DNA of 64,000 bases from Octopus vulgaris. Its lineage: Eukaryota. The position numbers and the translations under genes were made by a program. Of the stretch, positions 62,201 to 64,000 are shown in pieces. How positions within the stretch are numbered: position 1 is the stretch's first letter; each line of letters opens with the position of its first letter. The stretch spans positions 32,612,001-32,676,000 of the forward strand of contig OX597840.1 in NCBI GenBank assembly GCA_951406725.2. The letters run 5' to 3'. The notes below the pieces were generated by a model. The model was not told the origin of the DNA. It did not search any database and saw nothing but the letters and a program-made list of their open reading frames with translations.

Positions 62201-62599
62201 ACTCATCATCATCGTCGTTTAACATCCATTTTCCATGCTAGCATGGGTTGGACGATTTGACTGAGGGCTGGCGAACCAGATGGCTGCACCAGACTCCAAT
62301 CTTGATCTGGGCAGAGTTTCTACAGCTGGATGCCCTTCCTAACACCAACCACTCAGAAGTGTAGTGGGTGCTTTTATGTGCCACAGGCACGAGGGCCAGT
62401 CAGGAGGTACTGGCAACGGCCACGCTCAAATGGTGTTTTTATGTGCCACTTACACAGGGGCCAGTCCAGCAGCACTAGCAACGACCTCGCTCAAATGTTT
62501 TTCTCACATGCCACAAGTGCCAGTAAGGCGACGCTGGTAACGACCCCACTCGAATGGTGCGTTTGGACTCCCACCTGCAAGGTCAGGCACTGTTTACCT

Positions 62600-63021
62600 T
62601 GATATAAGGCCACCATATTTGTCTTATGAAGAAAGGCTGAAGACGCTCGACCTTTATTCTCTAGAAAAACGACGACGCCGTGGTGATCTCATTCTTGCTC
62701 ACAACATCATAAGCGGAAAGTGTAAACTCTCGAAAGAGCTGTTCTTCACTCCTGCTCCAGAGCGTCTGCTGCGGAGTCATTCCGAAAAGCTCTATCTGCG
62801 ACGATTTCATCTCGATCGAAGAAGAGGGGCTTTCTCTGTCCGGATTGCGGGTCCGTGGAATAAGCTGCCAGACGAGATGGTGAAGATGCCGACAACTGCT
62901 CGGTTCAAAGTCTCCCTTGACCACAAGTGGCCTGAACTTTTTGCATGAACACCACCCTGTACATAACTCCATGTCCCCCTACATGGCCTTGCTTTTTGAG
63001 CCAAAATTAACTTAACTTAAC
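62600..63021 (+). mobile_element. CR1-clade LINE 3' fragment with (TTAAC)n tail
   Basis: SYEERLKTLDLYSLEKRRRRGDLI...FSVRIAGPWNKLP. Confidence 0.8.
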
Positions 63022-64000
63022 TATAGTTGTGACACATGTGTTTCGTGTACCCATATCAGACAGGTATTCATAATGGGTACATTGGGGCTTATACAGTGTT
63101 TCTCAAAGGGGAGGCCTATAGGACGGTCGGACAAGTTGTTTTGAGAAAATTTGGTTTAAATGTTTGACAACTCGGCACCGTCCATTGGACGGGGGGCGTT
63201 TTGCTCGTATACGTATACATGTATATACACAATGGGCTTCTTTCAGTTTCCGTGTACCAAATCCACTCACAAGGCTTTGATCGGCCTGAGGCCATTGTAG
63301 AAGTCACTTGCCCAAGGTGCCATGCAATGGGACTGAACCCGGAACCACAGCATATAGTGTCAATTCAGTGGCATGCATTGCTCTCTCACTCAATAATAAT
63401 AATAATGACAATAATAATAAGACAAACAATATTTGTAGCAAAGTTTAATCAGCATAAATTTTGAAAATGAAGGCTGGGGAAAGAATCGATTTTATATACG
63501 TTGACAATAGGGAGGCAGGAGGTGGGCAAGGTGGGGGATACTGTGTGGGAGGAAGAAGAGGAAGGAGAAAAGAAGAAGAAGGTATAACTCGATGTAGATC
63601 ATCACACACACACACACACACACACACCAGTATATACAAGTTTTGCTATATATATATATATACATGCACACATATACATATACATGCGCATGAATATATA
63701 TACATATATACATGTATATATATATATATACATATATACACACATACATGCGCATGAATATATATATATATACATATATACATGTATATATATATACATA
63801 TATACACACATATACATGTGCATGAATATATACATATATACATACACACATATACATGTATATATATATATATACATATATACACACATATACATGTGCA
63901 TGAATATATATATATATACATACACACATATACATGTATATATATATATACATATATACACACATATACATGTATATATATATACATATATACACACATA

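Overview
Eukaryotic, AT-rich and repeat-dense DNA. The tRNA-derived SINE families and the microsatellite load look like an octopus (coleoid cephalopod) genome; this is an inference. Two genes lie head-to-head. (1) On the minus strand is a coding exon of the twin-CX9C mitochondrial protein CHCHD5 (913-1055), continuing off the left edge. (2) On the plus strand is a complete multi-exon ZBBX (zinc finger B-box) gene. I traced 17 phase-consistent GT-AG coding exons from 16639 to 56420, with an RFX X-box near 7007, a ~4.9-kb repeat-rich exon carrying a 1-nt frameshift, and a candidate alternative terminal exon at 39561. The rest is SINEs, RTE/CR1 LINE ends, mariner/hAT remnants, several MITE families, Helentron-like elements and long microsatellites. 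The most notable unannotated signal is about ten minimal type I hammerhead-ribozyme motifs (CUGANGA...GAAA-palindromic stem III-NUH). They range from intact to decayed, sit mostly next to (AT)n tracts, are often in fold-back repeats, and resemble Penelope-like-element termini. Two core-intact copies are sense to the ZBBX pre-mRNA within one intron. Most short ORFs in the supplied track are repeat-derived artefacts.
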